From the human T2T-CHM13v2.0 reference genome, Homo sapiens, in assembly GCF_009914755.1 (NCBI RefSeq), contig NC_060932.1: 64,000 nt of DNA; one strand, 5' to 3'. The translations under genes were made by a program, and so were the position numbers. The notes under the pieces were generated by a model that saw only the letters and a list, made by a program, of their open reading frames with translations, did no database searches and was not told where the DNA came from. Shown here piece by piece: positions 1 through 16,866 of the stretch. Each line of letters begins with the position of its first letter. The stretch's first letter is position 1.

Positions 1-7
1 TTTACTA

Positions 8-286
8 TTTTATTTATTTTATTGAGACAAGATCTCACTCTGTCACCCAGGCTGGAGCGCAGTGGCACCATCAAGGCTCACTGCACCTTCAACCTCCCAA
101 GCTCAGCCTCCTGAGTAGCTAGGACCACAGATGTGCCACCATGCCCAGCTAACTTTTTATATTATTTGAAGAGATGGGATTTCACCATGTTGCCCAGGCT
201 GGTCTCAAACTCCTGGGCTCCAGTGAGCCTCCCTCCTTGGCCTGACAAAGTGCTGGTATTATAGGTGTGAGCCACCACTCCTGGCT
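8..286 (-). mobile_element. Alu SINE (AluJ-like, internal deletion)
   Basis: T-rich tail, then gagacaagatctcactctgtcacccaggctggag...gtgagccaccactcctggc; diverged, with J-type cctgggctc motif. Confidence 0.9.
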
Positions 287-1424
287 TTCAGCTGGTTTTT
301 ATTCAGGTTGTTTGGAGGAGGTTGAGTATGGTGCAACCTCAGATGAAGACTCCAAATTCTCTTTCCCTCACCCTCTTTTCTGGGACCCACAGTCCACCCA
401 CATACTATTGATCTTCTGAATGCCAAACCAGACTAATTATCGTCTTCCTTCTATTCCCAAGTCTGCCTTCCTTAGATATTCCTTGTCTGGAAAAATAATA
501 CTATATACATGTTTTACTTTATTCATGGTAAATTACCTGCTGTCCTGAACTTACTCTTTCAACCACAACATTAATTGAAAATTTTTTGCATCTCCTATGT
601 GCCAGCCACTGTCCTAGGAGCTGGGCTAATAAAAGCACTGCCCTCTAAGAGCTTACATTTCAGACAGGGAGACACGCAGGCATGCAGGTACTACTACACT
701 GTAATAAATCACAACAGAGGCAGAAAACAAGATGCTCGGAGACTTAACAGGAAGGTAAGGTCTCCTTGTTTCGCCCATGTCTCTGACTCTCCCCAACCAC
801 TATCTCTAGACTTCAAGAACTCCCATTCATTCTCTGTTATTCAGCACATATATATATCTCTTGGGCATAGTTCAAGGTCCCTGGCTTTATGTTGCTCCAG
901 TGTGTTTATACAGCTACCATAACACTTACTGCTTGTAAGGCTAGGATCATGGTTTTTTGTGCCTCTGTAGTCAAATCAAAAGCATAGCTCCTAGCACATC
1001 ATAGGTGCCGAAAGAATCAAGAGGCCAATGTGACATGCCATTTTCCTTATGCAGGGCCCAAATCTCATGCCCCTGTATAGATATTTTGTAGGGTTTGGTG
1101 ACAGGAGTACTGGTGGTGGTTATATACTGTACGGTATCACTAGAGCATGGGATTTTTTTTCCATAGGTTATTGGGGTACAGGTGGTATTCGGTTACAAGA
1201 GTAAGTTCTTTAGTGGTGCTTTGTGAGATTTTGGTGCACCCATCACCAGAGCAGTATACACTGCACCCTATTTGTAGTATTTTATCTTTTGCCCCCCTCT
1301 CATCCTTCCCCCCAAGTCCCCAAAGTCCATCGTGTCATTCTTATGTCTTTGAGTCCTCATAGCTTAGCTCCCACATATCAGTGAGAATATACGATGCTTG
1401 GTTTTCCATTCCTGAGTTGCTTCA

Positions 1425-1785
<361 letters not shown>

Positions 1786-1865
1786 AGAATAATAATCTTC
1801 AATCTCATCCAGGTCACTGGAAATGCCATTAGTTCATTTCTTTTTATGGCTGAGTAGTATTCCAT

Positions 1866-2223
1866 CATATATATATACACATATGCGTATATATACACAC
1901 GTATGTATATATACGTATATACATATATACATACATATATATACATACATATGTGTGTATATATACGTATATATACATACACATGTGTGTATACATATAC
2001 GTATATATACACACATATGTGTGTATATATATACATGTATATATATACACACATATGTGTGTATATATATACATGTATATATATACACACATATGTGTGT
2101 GTATATATATACATGTATATATACAGATATATATATACATGCATATGTGTATGTGTATATATATATACATATGTGTACATATATATACACATATGTGTAC
2201 ATATGTGTATATATGTATATATC
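1866..2223. repeat. Compound (TA)/(CA)/(TG) purine-pyrimidine microsatellite with a higher-order unit of about 34 bp
   Basis: Repeated tatatatacacacatatgtgtgtatatatatacatg units; source of the Y/I/H/T/C-rich spurious ORFs. Confidence 0.95.
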
Positions 2224-5200
2224 TCACAGTTTCTTTATCCACTCATTGATTGATGGGTATTTAGGTTGTTTCCATGATTTTGCAATTGCAAATTGTGCTG
2301 CTATAAACATGAGTGTGCAATGACTTCTTTTCTTCTAGGTAGATACCCAATAGTGGGATTGCTGGATCCAGTGGTAGTTCTACTTTTAGTCCTTTAAGGA
2401 ATCTCCACACTGTTTTCCATAATGGCTGTACTAGTTTACATTCCCATCAGCAGTGTAAAAGTGTTCCCTGATAGCTGCATCTATGCCAACATCTACTGTT
2501 TTTTGATTTTTTGATTATGGCCATTCTTGCAGGGGTAAGGTGGTATTGCATTGTGGTTTTGATTTGCGTTTCCCTGGTCATTCATGATATTGAGCATTTT
2601 TCATATACTTGTTGGCCATTTGTATATCTTCTTTTGAAAATTGTCTATTCATGTCCTTAGCCCACTTTTTGATGGGATTGTTTGTTTGTTTTTCTTACTG
2701 ATTTGTTTGAGTTCATTGCAGATTCTGGATATTAGTCCTTTGTCAGATGTATAAATTATGAAGATTTTTCTCCCAGTCTGTGGGTTGTCTGTTTATTCTG
2801 CTGACTGTTCCTTTTGCCGTGCAAAGGTTCGTTAGTTCAATTAAGTCCCAACTATTTATCTTTGTTTTTATTGCATTTGCTTTTGGGTTCTTGGTCATGA
2901 AATCCTTGCCTAAGCCAATGTCTACAGGGTTTTTCCAATGTTATCTTCTAGAATTTTTATAGTTTCAGGCCTTAGATTTAAGTCTTTGATCCATCTTGAG
3001 TTGATTTTTGTTTAAGATGAGAGATGAGAATCCAGTTTCATTCTCCTTCATGTGATTAGCCAATTATCCCAGCACCATTTGTTGAATGGGGTGTCCTTTC
3101 CCCCACTTTATGTTTCTGTTTGCTTTGTCGAAGATCGGTTGGTTGCATTGCAAGTATTTGGGTTTATTTCTGTGTTCTCTTTTCTGTTCCATTGGTCTAG
3201 GTGCCTATTTTTTATACCAGTACCATGCTGTTTTGGTGACTATGGCCTTATAGTATAGTTTGAAGTCGAGTAATGTGATGTCTCCAGAATTGTTCTTTTT
3301 GCTTAGTCTTGCTTTGGCTATGTGGGGTCTTTTTTGGTTCCATATGAATTTTAGAATTGTTTTTTCTAATTCTGTGAAGAATGTTGGTGGTATTTTGATA
3401 GAGATTGCATTGAATTTGTAGATTGCTTTTCGCAGTATGGTCATTTTCACAATATTGATTCTACCCATCCATGAGCATGGGATGTGTTTCCATTTGTTTG
3501 TGTCATCTATGATTTCTTTCAGCAGTGTTTTGTAGTTTTCCTTGTAGAGGTCTTTCACCTCCTTGGTTAGGTATATTACTAAGTATTTAAATTATTTTTG
3601 CAGCTATTCTAAAAGGGATTGAGTTCTTGATTTGATTCTCAGCTTGGTTGCTGTTGGTGTATAGCAAGGCTACTGATTTGTGTACATTAATTTTATATCC
3701 TGAAACTTTGCTGAATTCATTTACCAGTTCTGGGAGCTTTTTGGATGAGTCTTTAGGGTTTTCTAGGTATACGATCATATCATCAGTAAACAACAAAAGT
3801 TTGACTTCCTCTTTACCAATTTGGATGCCCTTGATTTTTTTCTTTTGTCTCATTGCTCTGGCTGGGACTTCCGGTACTATGTTAGATAGAAGTGGTGAGA
3901 GTGGGCGTCCTTGTCTTATGCCAGTTCTCAGGGAGAATGCTTTCAACTTTTCCCCTTTCAGTATAACGTTGGCTGTGGGTTTGTCATAGATTGCTTTTAT
4001 TACATTGAGGTATGTCTCTTGTATGCCGATTTTGCTGAGAGTTTTAATAATAAAGGGATGCTGTATTTTGTCGAATGCTTTTTCTTCATCTATTGAGATG
4101 ACTGTGTGTTTTTGTTTTTAATTCTGTTTATGTTGTGTATCACATTTTTTGACTTGCAGATGTTAAACCATTCCTGCACCCCTCGGATGAAACCCACTTG
4201 ATCATGGTGGACTACCTTTTTGATGTGCTGTTGGATTTGGTTAGCCAGTATTTTGTTGAGGATTTTTGCATCTATATTCTACAAGGATATTGGTCTGTCG
4301 TTTTCTTTTTTGATTATGTCTTTCCTTGGTTTTGGTATTAGGGTGATATTGGCTTCATAGAATGATTTAGGGAGGAGTCCCTCTTCATTCCATGGAATAG
4401 TGTCAATAGGATTTGTAACAATTCTTCTTTGAATGTCTGATAGAATTCAGCTATGAATTCGTCTGGTCCTGGACTCTTTTTTTGTTGGCAATTTTTAAAT
4501 TACCATTTCAATCTTATTGCTTCTTATCGGTCTGTTTAGAGTTTCTATATCTTCCTGGTTTAATCTAGGAGGGTTGTATATTTCCAGGAATTTATCCATC
4601 TCCTCTACGTTTTCTAGTTTGTGTGGGGAAAGGTGTTCGTAGTAGCCTTGAATAAACTTTTGTACTTCTGTGTTATCAATAGTAATAGTTCTCATTTCAT
4701 TTCTAATTGAGCTTATTTGGATCTTCTCTCTTCTTTTCTCGAAAATTGTCTATTTTCTTGGTTAATCTCGCTAATGTTCTATCAATTTTATTTATCTTTC
4801 AAAGAACCAACCTTTTGTTTCATTTATCTTTTGTAATTTTTTTGGTTTCAGTTTCACTTAATTCTGCTCTGATCTTTTTTATTTATTTTTCTTCTTCTGG
4901 GTTTGGGTTTGGTTTGTTCTTGTTTGTTCAGTTCTGTGAGGTGTGACCTTAGATTGTTTATTTGTGCTCTTTCAGATTTTTTGACATAGGTATTTAATGC
5001 TATGAACTTTCCTCTTAGCACCGCTTTTGCTGAATCCCAGAGGTTTTGATAGGTTGTGTCGCTATTATCAGTCAGTCCAAATAATTTTTAAATTTTCACC
5101 TTGATTTCATTGTTGACTCAACAATAATTCAGGAGCAGGTTATTTAATTTGCATGTATTTGCATGGTTTTGACGGCTCCTTTTGGAGTTAATTTCCAGTT

Positions 5201-6313
5201 TTATTCCACTGTGGTCTGAGAGAATACTCAATATAATTTCGGTTTTCTTAAATTTACTGACATTTGTTTTGTGCCTTATCATATGGTCTTTCTTGGAGAA
5301 TTTTCCATGTGGTGATGGGTAGTAGCAGATCTTTTTGTAAATGTCCTTTATAAAAGGTTAAAAATGTTCCCTTGTAACCCCAGTTTGCAGATAATTTATA
5401 TCAGGAATGGATGATAATTTTTGTCAAAGTTTTAAATTTTCAGTATCTGTTGAGATGGCCAGTTTTTAAAAGTTTGATATTATTATGAATTAATTTATTT
5501 GCAAATCAACATTAGTTGATTTTCAAATGTTAAGCCAGCCTTGTCTAACTAGGCTAAACCATACTTGGTCATGATGTCATTTAATATGTTGTTGAATTCA
5601 ATTTGCTAAAATTTTGTTTGGAATATTTGCATTCATGTTCATAGGGGATATTGGTCTGTAGTTTTACTTTTGTGTAAAATCTTTTTCTGATTTTGGTATT
5701 AGGGCAATACTAGCTTCATATAATATGTAGTGAAAAATTCACTCTTCTTTCATTTTTGGAGGAATTTGTGTAGAATTTGTATAATTCCTCCTTAAATTTT
5801 TTGGTAGAATTCACCAGTGAAGCTATTTGGTTCTGTAGTTTTTTTGTGGGAAGGTTTTAAAAGTATAATTTCAATTTCTATTAAACATTTAGGGCTTTGC
5901 AGGCAATTTATTTCTTCTTGAGTGAGCTTTGCTAATTTGTGTCTTTCAAGAAATTTATCAATTTTATCTAAATTGTCAAATGTATCAGCATAAAGTAGTT
6001 TCTAATGTTTTATTATCTTTTTAGTAGAACCTGTAGTATCACCCCTCTCATTTCTGGTATTGGTAATTTGTGTCTTCTTTTTCTTTCTAATCAGTTTGGC
6101 TAGATGTTTATCAATTATATTGATCTTAAAGAACCAGCTTTTGATTTCATTGTTTTTTTCTACTGTTTTTCTATTTTTCTATTTTACAGCTTTTTACTTA
6201 TTTTTTGTTATTTATTTTCGTGAGCTTACTTTAGGTTTCATTTTCTCTTCTCTTTCTAGTTTCTTAAGGTAAAGGCTAAAATTGAGTTGGGAACTATCTT
6301 CTTTTCTAATATA

Positions 6314-6538
6314 AGCATTAAGTGCTATAAATTTTCTTCTAAGTACTGATTTAATGGTCTTTTGACAAATTCTGATGGGATATATTTTTATTCAGTTAAA
6401 ATACTCATAAATTTTTGTTTTGAGCATTTAGTACCATAAATTTTCTTCTAAGTACTGATTTAATGGTCTTTTGACAAATTATGATATAATATATTGTTAT
6501 TTTTATTCAGTTAAAATACTCATAAAGTTTTGTTTTGA
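6314..6538. repeat. Local tandem duplication, 2 x about 110 bp
   Basis: ataaattttcttctaagtactgatttaatggtcttttgacaaatt...ttcagttaaaatactcataaa occurs twice (units start 6314 and 6423). Confidence 0.92.
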
Positions 6539-6683
6539 TTTTTTTGGTTCATGGGATATTTAGAAATGTATTATATAATTTCCAAATATTTGGAGAATAT
6601 TCCAAAGGTCTTTCTGTCATTGACAGAGGGGCATTCAAATCTCTGACTACAACTGGGAATTTATCTATTTCTCCTTGATGTTA

Positions 6684-7354
<671 letters not shown>

Positions 7355-7574
7355 TGAAGCAATCTGTTAATACATGCATATTCATTTAGAATTTTTATGT
7401 ACCCTTGATGAATAAATTCTTTATTATTATGAAATGACATTCTTCAGTCCTCATAATATTTTTTCCTCTGAAATCTACTTTTTCTGATATTCATATAAGC
7501 CTTTTCAGATTTATTTTTATTATTGTTAGCATGATATCTACATTTCCATCTTTTCATTTTTTAACCTGTTTGTA

Positions 7575-7985
7575 TTTAAAGTGTATATATAAACTCACTT
7601 TATATTTATATATTTATAAATATATATACACTTTATATATATTTATAAACATAAAGTGTATATATATTTTTATATACACTTTATATATATTTATAAACTT
7701 ATAAAGTGTATATATATTTTTATATACACTTTATATATAAATATATATACACATATATTTATATATATGTGTATATATAAATATATATATTGTATATATA
7801 TATAAAATATATATATTTGTATATATAAAAATATATATTGTATATATAAAATATATATATTTGTATATATAAATATATATAATTTGTATATATAAAATAT
7901 ATATATTTATGTATATATAAATATATATTTGTATATATATTTATATATATAAAGTGTATATATATACACTTTATATTTAAAGTGT
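7575..7985. repeat. AT-rich low-complexity tract with internal palindromes
   Basis: About 400 bp almost pure A/T with recurring aaagtgtata...tatacacttt inverted units. Confidence 0.95.
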
Positions 7986-9260
7986 GTTTTCTATAGGCAG
8001 CATATAGTTGGGCCTGGCTTTCATATTCAATCTGACAACCTCTGCGTTTTAATTAGTATATTTATTCAATTTACATTTAATGGGATTATGGTAAGGTTAG
8101 ATATGGCTGTAACATCTTCTTATTTGTTTTCAGTTTGCTTTATTTATTATTCTTTTTCTTTCTCCTTTTTTCCTGTCTTTTTTGTTTTAGTTAATTTGTT
8201 TCTATGATTCAGTTTTTTCTCCTTGTGGGTTCTTAGTTATAACTCATTGTTCTAGTATGTAATGGTTGCTTTATTGTTTATGGTATACATCTTTAATTAT
8301 CACAAACTACCTTCAAGTGATATATCACTTCATGTATAGTATACTTTCATTTCTCTGCGCTTGGTCTTTATGGTGTTGTTGTCATGTACTTTACTTTTAT
8401 GTGTTATAAACCCAATAATACATTGTTATTTCTGTTTAAACAAGCACATATCTTTTAAGGAGACTTAAGTAATAAGAAAAAATTTCTTATATATTTACTC
8501 ATGTAGATATATTTTTGGTGGTCTTCATTCCTTTGTGTAGATCCAGATTTCCATCTGGTATCATTTTTCTTCTGCCCAAGGATGTTATTTGGCATTTCTT
8601 GTAGTGCAGACATTTCTTCTGGTGGTGGTAAATTATTCTAGCTTTTATATGTCTAAAAATGTCTCCACTTCACCTTCATTTATAAAAAATATTTTTTGCT
8701 GGGTACTGAATACTGAGTGACAGTCACCTGCCCCCCAGTACTTCAATGATGCTGCTCCAATGTCTCTTGCTTGCCTGCAATCTTTGGTGAAAAATCTGAT
8801 GTCAGCCTTATCTTTGTTTCTCTGGATGTAATACGGGTATATTTTCTGGCTGTCAGATTTTTCTCTTTGTCATTGTTTTTTAGTAACTTATGCTGTAATT
8901 TGGGGTAGTTATTTTCATGTTTATTTTTCTTGGTGTTCATTGAGCTTAGATCTGTAGGTTTATAGCTTCACTAAGTTTGGAAATTTTTCAGCCATTATTT
9001 CTAAAAATATATTTTTCAGTCTTTCTTCTTCAGGGACTCCAGTTACTCATGTATTAGGCCACTGAAACTATCCCACATATCACTTACGCTTTTTCATTTT
9101 TTGGAATTTTATTTTCTGCGTGTTTTATTTTGGGTAGTTTTCATTGCCACACTGTTAATTTCACTGATCTCGCCTTTCTTCTACAATGTCCAATCTGCCT
9201 TTTTCTTCCTCCAGTCTATTTTTCACCTCAGACATTATAGTTTTCATATCTAGAAGTTTA

Positions 9261-9925
<665 letters not shown>

Positions 9926-10667
9926 AAACAAATAATGTATATATATTTCCTCAATATTTCTACTTAACTTCAGAGGTTAAACAATATGGAAAACAATTCT
10001 AATAATGGCTTTAACATCTACTTTGTTAATTCTAATTTTATCAGTTCTGGATTGGTTTTGATTGATTAATAAATGTCTTCATTTGGGTCATATTTTCTTG
10101 CCTCTTTGAATGCCTGGTAATCTTTTATTGGATGCCAGACTTGTAAATTTTGCCTTGTTGGTGCTGGGTGTTTTCGTATTTCTATACAGCTTGAACTTTG
10201 TTCTGTGATGTGGTTATGTTCCTTAAAAACAGTTTGATCCTTTTGGGTCTTACTTTTATGATGTGTTAGGTCAGTCCAGTGCAATATTCAGTTTACCCTT
10301 GTATAACCGAGGTAAGACCTCTACTCAATACTCTGTGAATTATGATTTTGTTTTTACTCTGGTTAGTGGGAACACACACTGTTCCTCATCCTATGTGAGC
10401 ATGCTGTTCCTTCAGATACTTTTGGGTGAGTTTTTCCATAACCTCAACTATTTTTCTTAGATGAATCCGTTGATCTGCATTCTACTGAAAAATCCAGATG
10501 GACCATGTCACTGGCAACTCTCTTTTCTCTTGTCCTCTGTCCTGTGAATTCTTGCTGCCTTGGTCTCTGTGGAATCAAGGACATGGAACAGGATGGAGAA
10601 CTTAGAGAAGCTGTTGGATTCCCTGAGTCCTCTTTCTTGTCACTTATAGCCATACTAGTACATTCTT

Positions 10668-10816
10668 TTTTTCTCCCCAGAGACAGGGTCTCACTGTGTG
10701 CCCAGGCTGGAGTGCAATGTCATGATCGTAACTCACTGCAACCTCAAAATCTCGGGCTCAAGTGATCCTCCTGCCTCAGCCTCCTAACGTACTGGCATGA
10801 ACCACCATGCTCAGCC
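10668..10816 (-). mobile_element. FLAM / free left Alu monomer
   Basis: Single monomer with perfect 14-bp TSD ACTAGTACATTCTT (10654-10667 / 10817-10830). Confidence 0.9.
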
Positions 10817-11640
10817 ACTAGTACATTCTTATAAGAGTTTTGTTGCCTTGTTTGCAATAGCAAAAAGACCTTTAAATAATTTATATAGAAATCATTAGAA
10901 TACACTACAATAGATTATTGTACAACTATTACAAGTAATGTGCTGATATGGAAAATTCTATATTAAATGAAAAAAGTAAAATATTTTATACTTATTATAT
11001 ACAATTGTTTGTATTGTTAATTAAAAATCATCTGTGTATGTGTATGTATATATATATGCATATATGTGTGTATAAATTTGCATAGACACAAGAAATTTAA
11101 CAGTTATCTTAGCAGACATCCAGTGTTTTGTGTGTGCAGTTTGTCTTTTCATTGTTTGAATTTTCTTTTGGATATTTTTGTTCCACAGTCATGTCATCTG
11201 TGAGTAATGATAGTTTTATATTTTCTTCTCTAATCCTCATGCCTTTTATTTCTTTCACATTGTTGATAACAGTGTCTTGTTCCCAATCTCAAAGGGAAAA
11301 TCTTCAGCATTTGACCTAGAAGTCTGGTGCTTTCTGTAGAATTGTTGTTTATATAAATACCTTTCTCATATTAAGTTAGTTTCATTATATAGTTTTTATT
11401 TTAATTTTAAAATTGTTTAAGATTTTAAATAATTATAAATGTAAATTTGTAAATATTAGATATTTTAAATTTTAAATTATGTAATTTGTTGATTAGATTG
11501 ACATTAGATTTAATTGGGATCTTTTTCTGAATATTTTGAAGTGATTTGCATTTTTTTCACCTTTTGTCCTGTAAATGTAGTTATTATACTGATTGATTTA
11601 AATTAACTTTGCATTCCTGGGATAAATCTAATTGGTTTGT

Positions 11641-12705
<1,065 letters not shown>

Positions 12706-13443
12706 TTAAAAAAAAAAGTCTTAAAAGTTCTCCATCAGGAAGTAGGAATACTAAAATATATTTTTATTAGTTACAAACTTAGTAAGATATTAAAATAAGA
12801 GGGATAGCATTGAAAGTTGAGAGAAAAGTTGGGTGTATTTTAATGCCGTGCTGTCCTGAAATGTCAGAACTATGTACTAGCCCTTCCTGTAAGGGTAAGA
12901 GTCCTAGCAAAGAATTCAGAGTAAGGTTTTTGTTTGTTTGTTTGTTTGTTTTACCAAACTGTTCCAATATAGTCCTAGAATGCTGTAAAAGCCATGTTAA
13001 ATTAAACCAAAATTGATAAAGTTAAAAAAAAACACCAATTGGTTTATGATATATATATATATATATTGATAGATTCTGTTTGCTAATATCTTGCTTAGGA
13101 TTTTTCATCTGTGTTCAGGAGTAGATTGGTCTGCACTTTCCTTTTTTATAGTGTCCTTGTCAGATTTAGAATCAAGGTTGTTAGCTTCTTTTTCTATTAT
13201 CTCAAAAGGATTGTGTGAAATTGTTATTTTTATTTTCAGCCTGTTTCAATCTACTGTTAATCCATATGATGAGTTCTTAGTTTCAGTTACTGCATTTTTA
13301 AGTCCTAGAATTTTTGCTTGATACTTTTAAAACAGTTTCTAATTATCTGATAACATTTTCTATCTTGTTTCTTATTTTCAAATAATTAGCATAGTGATTT
13401 TAAAGTCTCCAATCTAGAGAATGTTTTCAGTAGTTTTTGTTAC

Positions 13444-13497
13444 TTTTTTTTTTTTTTCTTGAGACAGGATCCTCTGTATGTTGCCCAGGCTGGTCCA
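13444..13497 (-). mobile_element. Alu 3' fragment
   Basis: Poly-T plus gagacagg...gttgcccaggctgg. Confidence 0.7.
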
Positions 13498-14640
13498 ACT
13501 TCAGGCATTGAGATAATTTGAACCTAAGTTCCTTCAGTGTCTATAGGCCTTCCAGTTTACCCTCATTCCAGAGGTGATTCCTTTAAATTCAAACTCAGTG
13601 CACAGTAGGAGTGAGGGGCATTCACTAAGGCCTGATGGGACCTGGATTCTAAAACTTTTCCCTCTAGACCCATGAGTCCTTCAAAACTGCAGCTCAGCTC
13701 TTCAGCTTCTCAGTCTTTCTTTCTGGAATTGGCAACATTCCCTAGGGCAGAAATGTCCCAGCGCAGGACTCAATTCCCTGGTCCTCCAACTTTCTTGGTT
13801 TCTGTCTTGGAAATTCTTCACTATTTTAGCACTCTGTTGCCTTCAAGTAGAATTGCTATTTCCCTCTTAACTAGTTTGCGATTACTAGAAATGGACACAG
13901 TAACTACCTTCTTTCCAAAACCGGGACTTCAAATAGAAAGTTCTGCTGTTGGTGACCAGAAGCTTGGCCGCCCTGCCTCTGCTGTCCAGGGGGAAGCAGG
14001 TGGAGAGAGGGGCCCTCCATGCCTGTTCTTTCCGGGAGGCAGGCCTCTTCTAGGTGAACATCCTTATATTTGCTTAGCTGACAGTGGGTATTTCTTTAAA
14101 TGGGCTGTTTGGTTATAGGAGACAATTAGATTAAAAAAAATTCTGAAAGCTGCTGCTTGCCAAATTTTATTGATGATGAGTGAGCTTTGCAGAAAATTTC
14201 CAAAATAGGTTCATTGTTCAAGTCACCTGCCTTTCTGCTTTTGAATCCTCAACTCACACCTGAGCAGTGGTCCACCAAGTCTGAGCCCCCCAAGCCTGAG
14301 GCCTGACAGAGGCAGAGTGGATGGGATAAGAGGGTGAGCGCGGAGGTCAGCACTTCTGAGGTTCATTCCTGCTCTCAGATGTGATGCTTCTGGGTAACAG
14401 GAGCCAGGCCGGGAGTCATGTCTGCTGGGATTTAACCATGCTCTGCCATTCACTGGCTGTGCCAGAAAGAGAAAAAGCATCTAATCTCATTTTAAAAACA
14501 AGGGATTAAGAGATTATTAGCTGATTCCAGATGTGGCTGCTCATTCAAAGTACCCAAAGAGGTTGTGAAAAATACAGATGCTTGAGTCATACCCCACACT
14601 GTCTCTACCCCGGGACCTGAGCTGCTGAATAAAACCTGGA

Positions 14641-14702
<62 letters not shown>
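14641..14702. repeat. (TA)n(TG)n microsatellite
   Basis: Near-perfect dinucleotide tract, about 23 TG units. Confidence 0.98.
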
Positions 14703-14867
14703 CTGCATATGAGTGGCATAAAATAATCATTCATTATTATTACCATTATCGCCTGTCACAGTTCTAGGGGTTGACGGGGCCTAGTGAGGCAGGGCCTGCT
14801 CTGGGTCTATCATGCAGGGCAGTAGCAGAAGACTGAGGCTGGAGTCATTCTGAAAGCATCCACTTAC

Positions 14868-15220
<353 letters not shown>

Positions 15221-16689
15221 ATGAAGGCATTCACTTTCGAGTGTCTGAGCTGTGGGTCAGAATACCTGCACTTAGCTTCTCCCGGTGGCAGGGACAGAAT
15301 CTACATTTTTAACAAGCCCCCAAGATGATTATCAGTTGGCTAGGCAGTGGTCTCTGACAACATTTTAGGAATTACTGGACAACATGAAACTTTTAGTCCC
15401 TTAAAGTTGTACAGTTCCAGAATTCAAGTTTTTCTTTTGAAGTAAAAAATAACTTCTGTTTTAAGAGAATACAGGTGTTTCTCAAAGCAAAATGTCAAGA
15501 CCACTTTTCAGACATAGGATTATCAGAAATTCTAACAAAAAGCTGGTAGAATACTGCCCAATAGAACTCTGTTTATTCAGTTGGATGTGCTTTAATCGAG
15601 TTCTTACTCTGTGCAAGTTACTGTTCGGGAAGGTGTAGACTTGTATTATTTTTATGGCTACTAACAAAGATTACACATAATCCAGAGTAGCAGTACATTT
15701 AAGGTGAGTCTACATTTCCTTGAGACTCAAACTCCTGTTGTTGTTTGTGGAAAATGAGTATCTGGGGCAAAAGAGGAAGTGAGAGCCCTTAAAGAGAGCA
15801 GCCCTTCCTGCGAAGCTGCCCGCTGTGCTTGGCTTGGGGACAGCCTTGTATATTGGGCCAAAAATGTTTGCCTCCAATATTGTAGGGTAGGGTGCATGTG
15901 ACTGCCACACTGGCTTCTTGGTGTTCATCACCAGACAAACGTCTGTTTTCCTGCCATGATGCTAACCATGTTTAGCATTTGTGTCCACTTGGTATGATAA
16001 CTGGCTAGACATTTTGCTCCTTTCTCAAAAACAATTTTAACTAGTTCATAATTAATATGCCACAAGACAAACTATGGTTCAGCATTGGGTCTTCTGGGTG
16101 TTTCAGGCATTAAAAAGAAAATTTATTTCGGGGAATCATACTAGTCAATTGTTACTTTTCATCATTACAGTTTCCAGAGGTTTATTGGTGGCAGATGTTG
16201 CACTCTTTTTTAAAAAAGAAAAACTAAAAAACAAATGGACATCTCCCCGATGGATTCTTAGTGAAATGAGTCTTTAAAAAGAGAAACCAGGGGCTTTCTC
16301 ATAGTAAGCAGAAATAGACCAACTTAGGTTTTAGGCCAAGTGATGAATAACAATATGGGGGGACATCATGTAAACAAACTACTCTGTCTTTTAATGATTC
16401 TTATTTCCTAATTTAAAACTGCAACAATATCCAGGAATTCTCACTTTCTGGTGAAGAGTGAGAAATCTTTATGGGCTCTCATGATTCAGTTGAAAGCAAG
16501 AGGAAACGTGCCTCAGACATTTTCCTTGAACATTCTCCTTCTGGGCAGGAAGTGGAAGTGGGCAGTGTTCACTGAAGACGTGGCCGTCAGATGGGAGGAA
16601 AAGCTGATGGTGTGACAAAATATCTACCTCCCCTTCTTGGTGTGTTTCCTTCTTCCCTAGTATTTCTTTGCTTTTTTTTTTTTTTTATA

Positions 16690-16866
16690 TACAACAGAAA
16701 TTTATTTCTCACAGTTCCCACAGACCTTGAAGTCCACAGTGAAGGCAGATTGAGTGTCTGGTGAGGGCTTGCTTATGGCTCCTGAGTGGGACCTTCTTGT
16801 TATGTCCTCGCGTGGAAAAGGAACACTCTGGTTGCTTCGGACACTTGTAAGGGCTCTAATGCCATT
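16690..16866 (-). mobile_element. MaLR LTR fragment (MLT1A/MST-like), probably carried by L1 3' transduction
   Basis: caacagaaatttatttctcacagttc...tctggtgagggc MaLR motif, truncated at a poly(T) run. Confidence 0.75.

Noticed and set aside
3205-4695. Reverse-transcriptase-like ORFs suggesting a retron or novel RT system
   Set aside because: Frameshifted pieces of ordinary L1 ORF2p; the catalytic FADD motif reads FTDD
13672-14118. 148-aa ATG-initiated ORF
   Set aside because: No recognisable domain, and it begins in decayed repeat-like sequence; an ORF of this length is expected by chance
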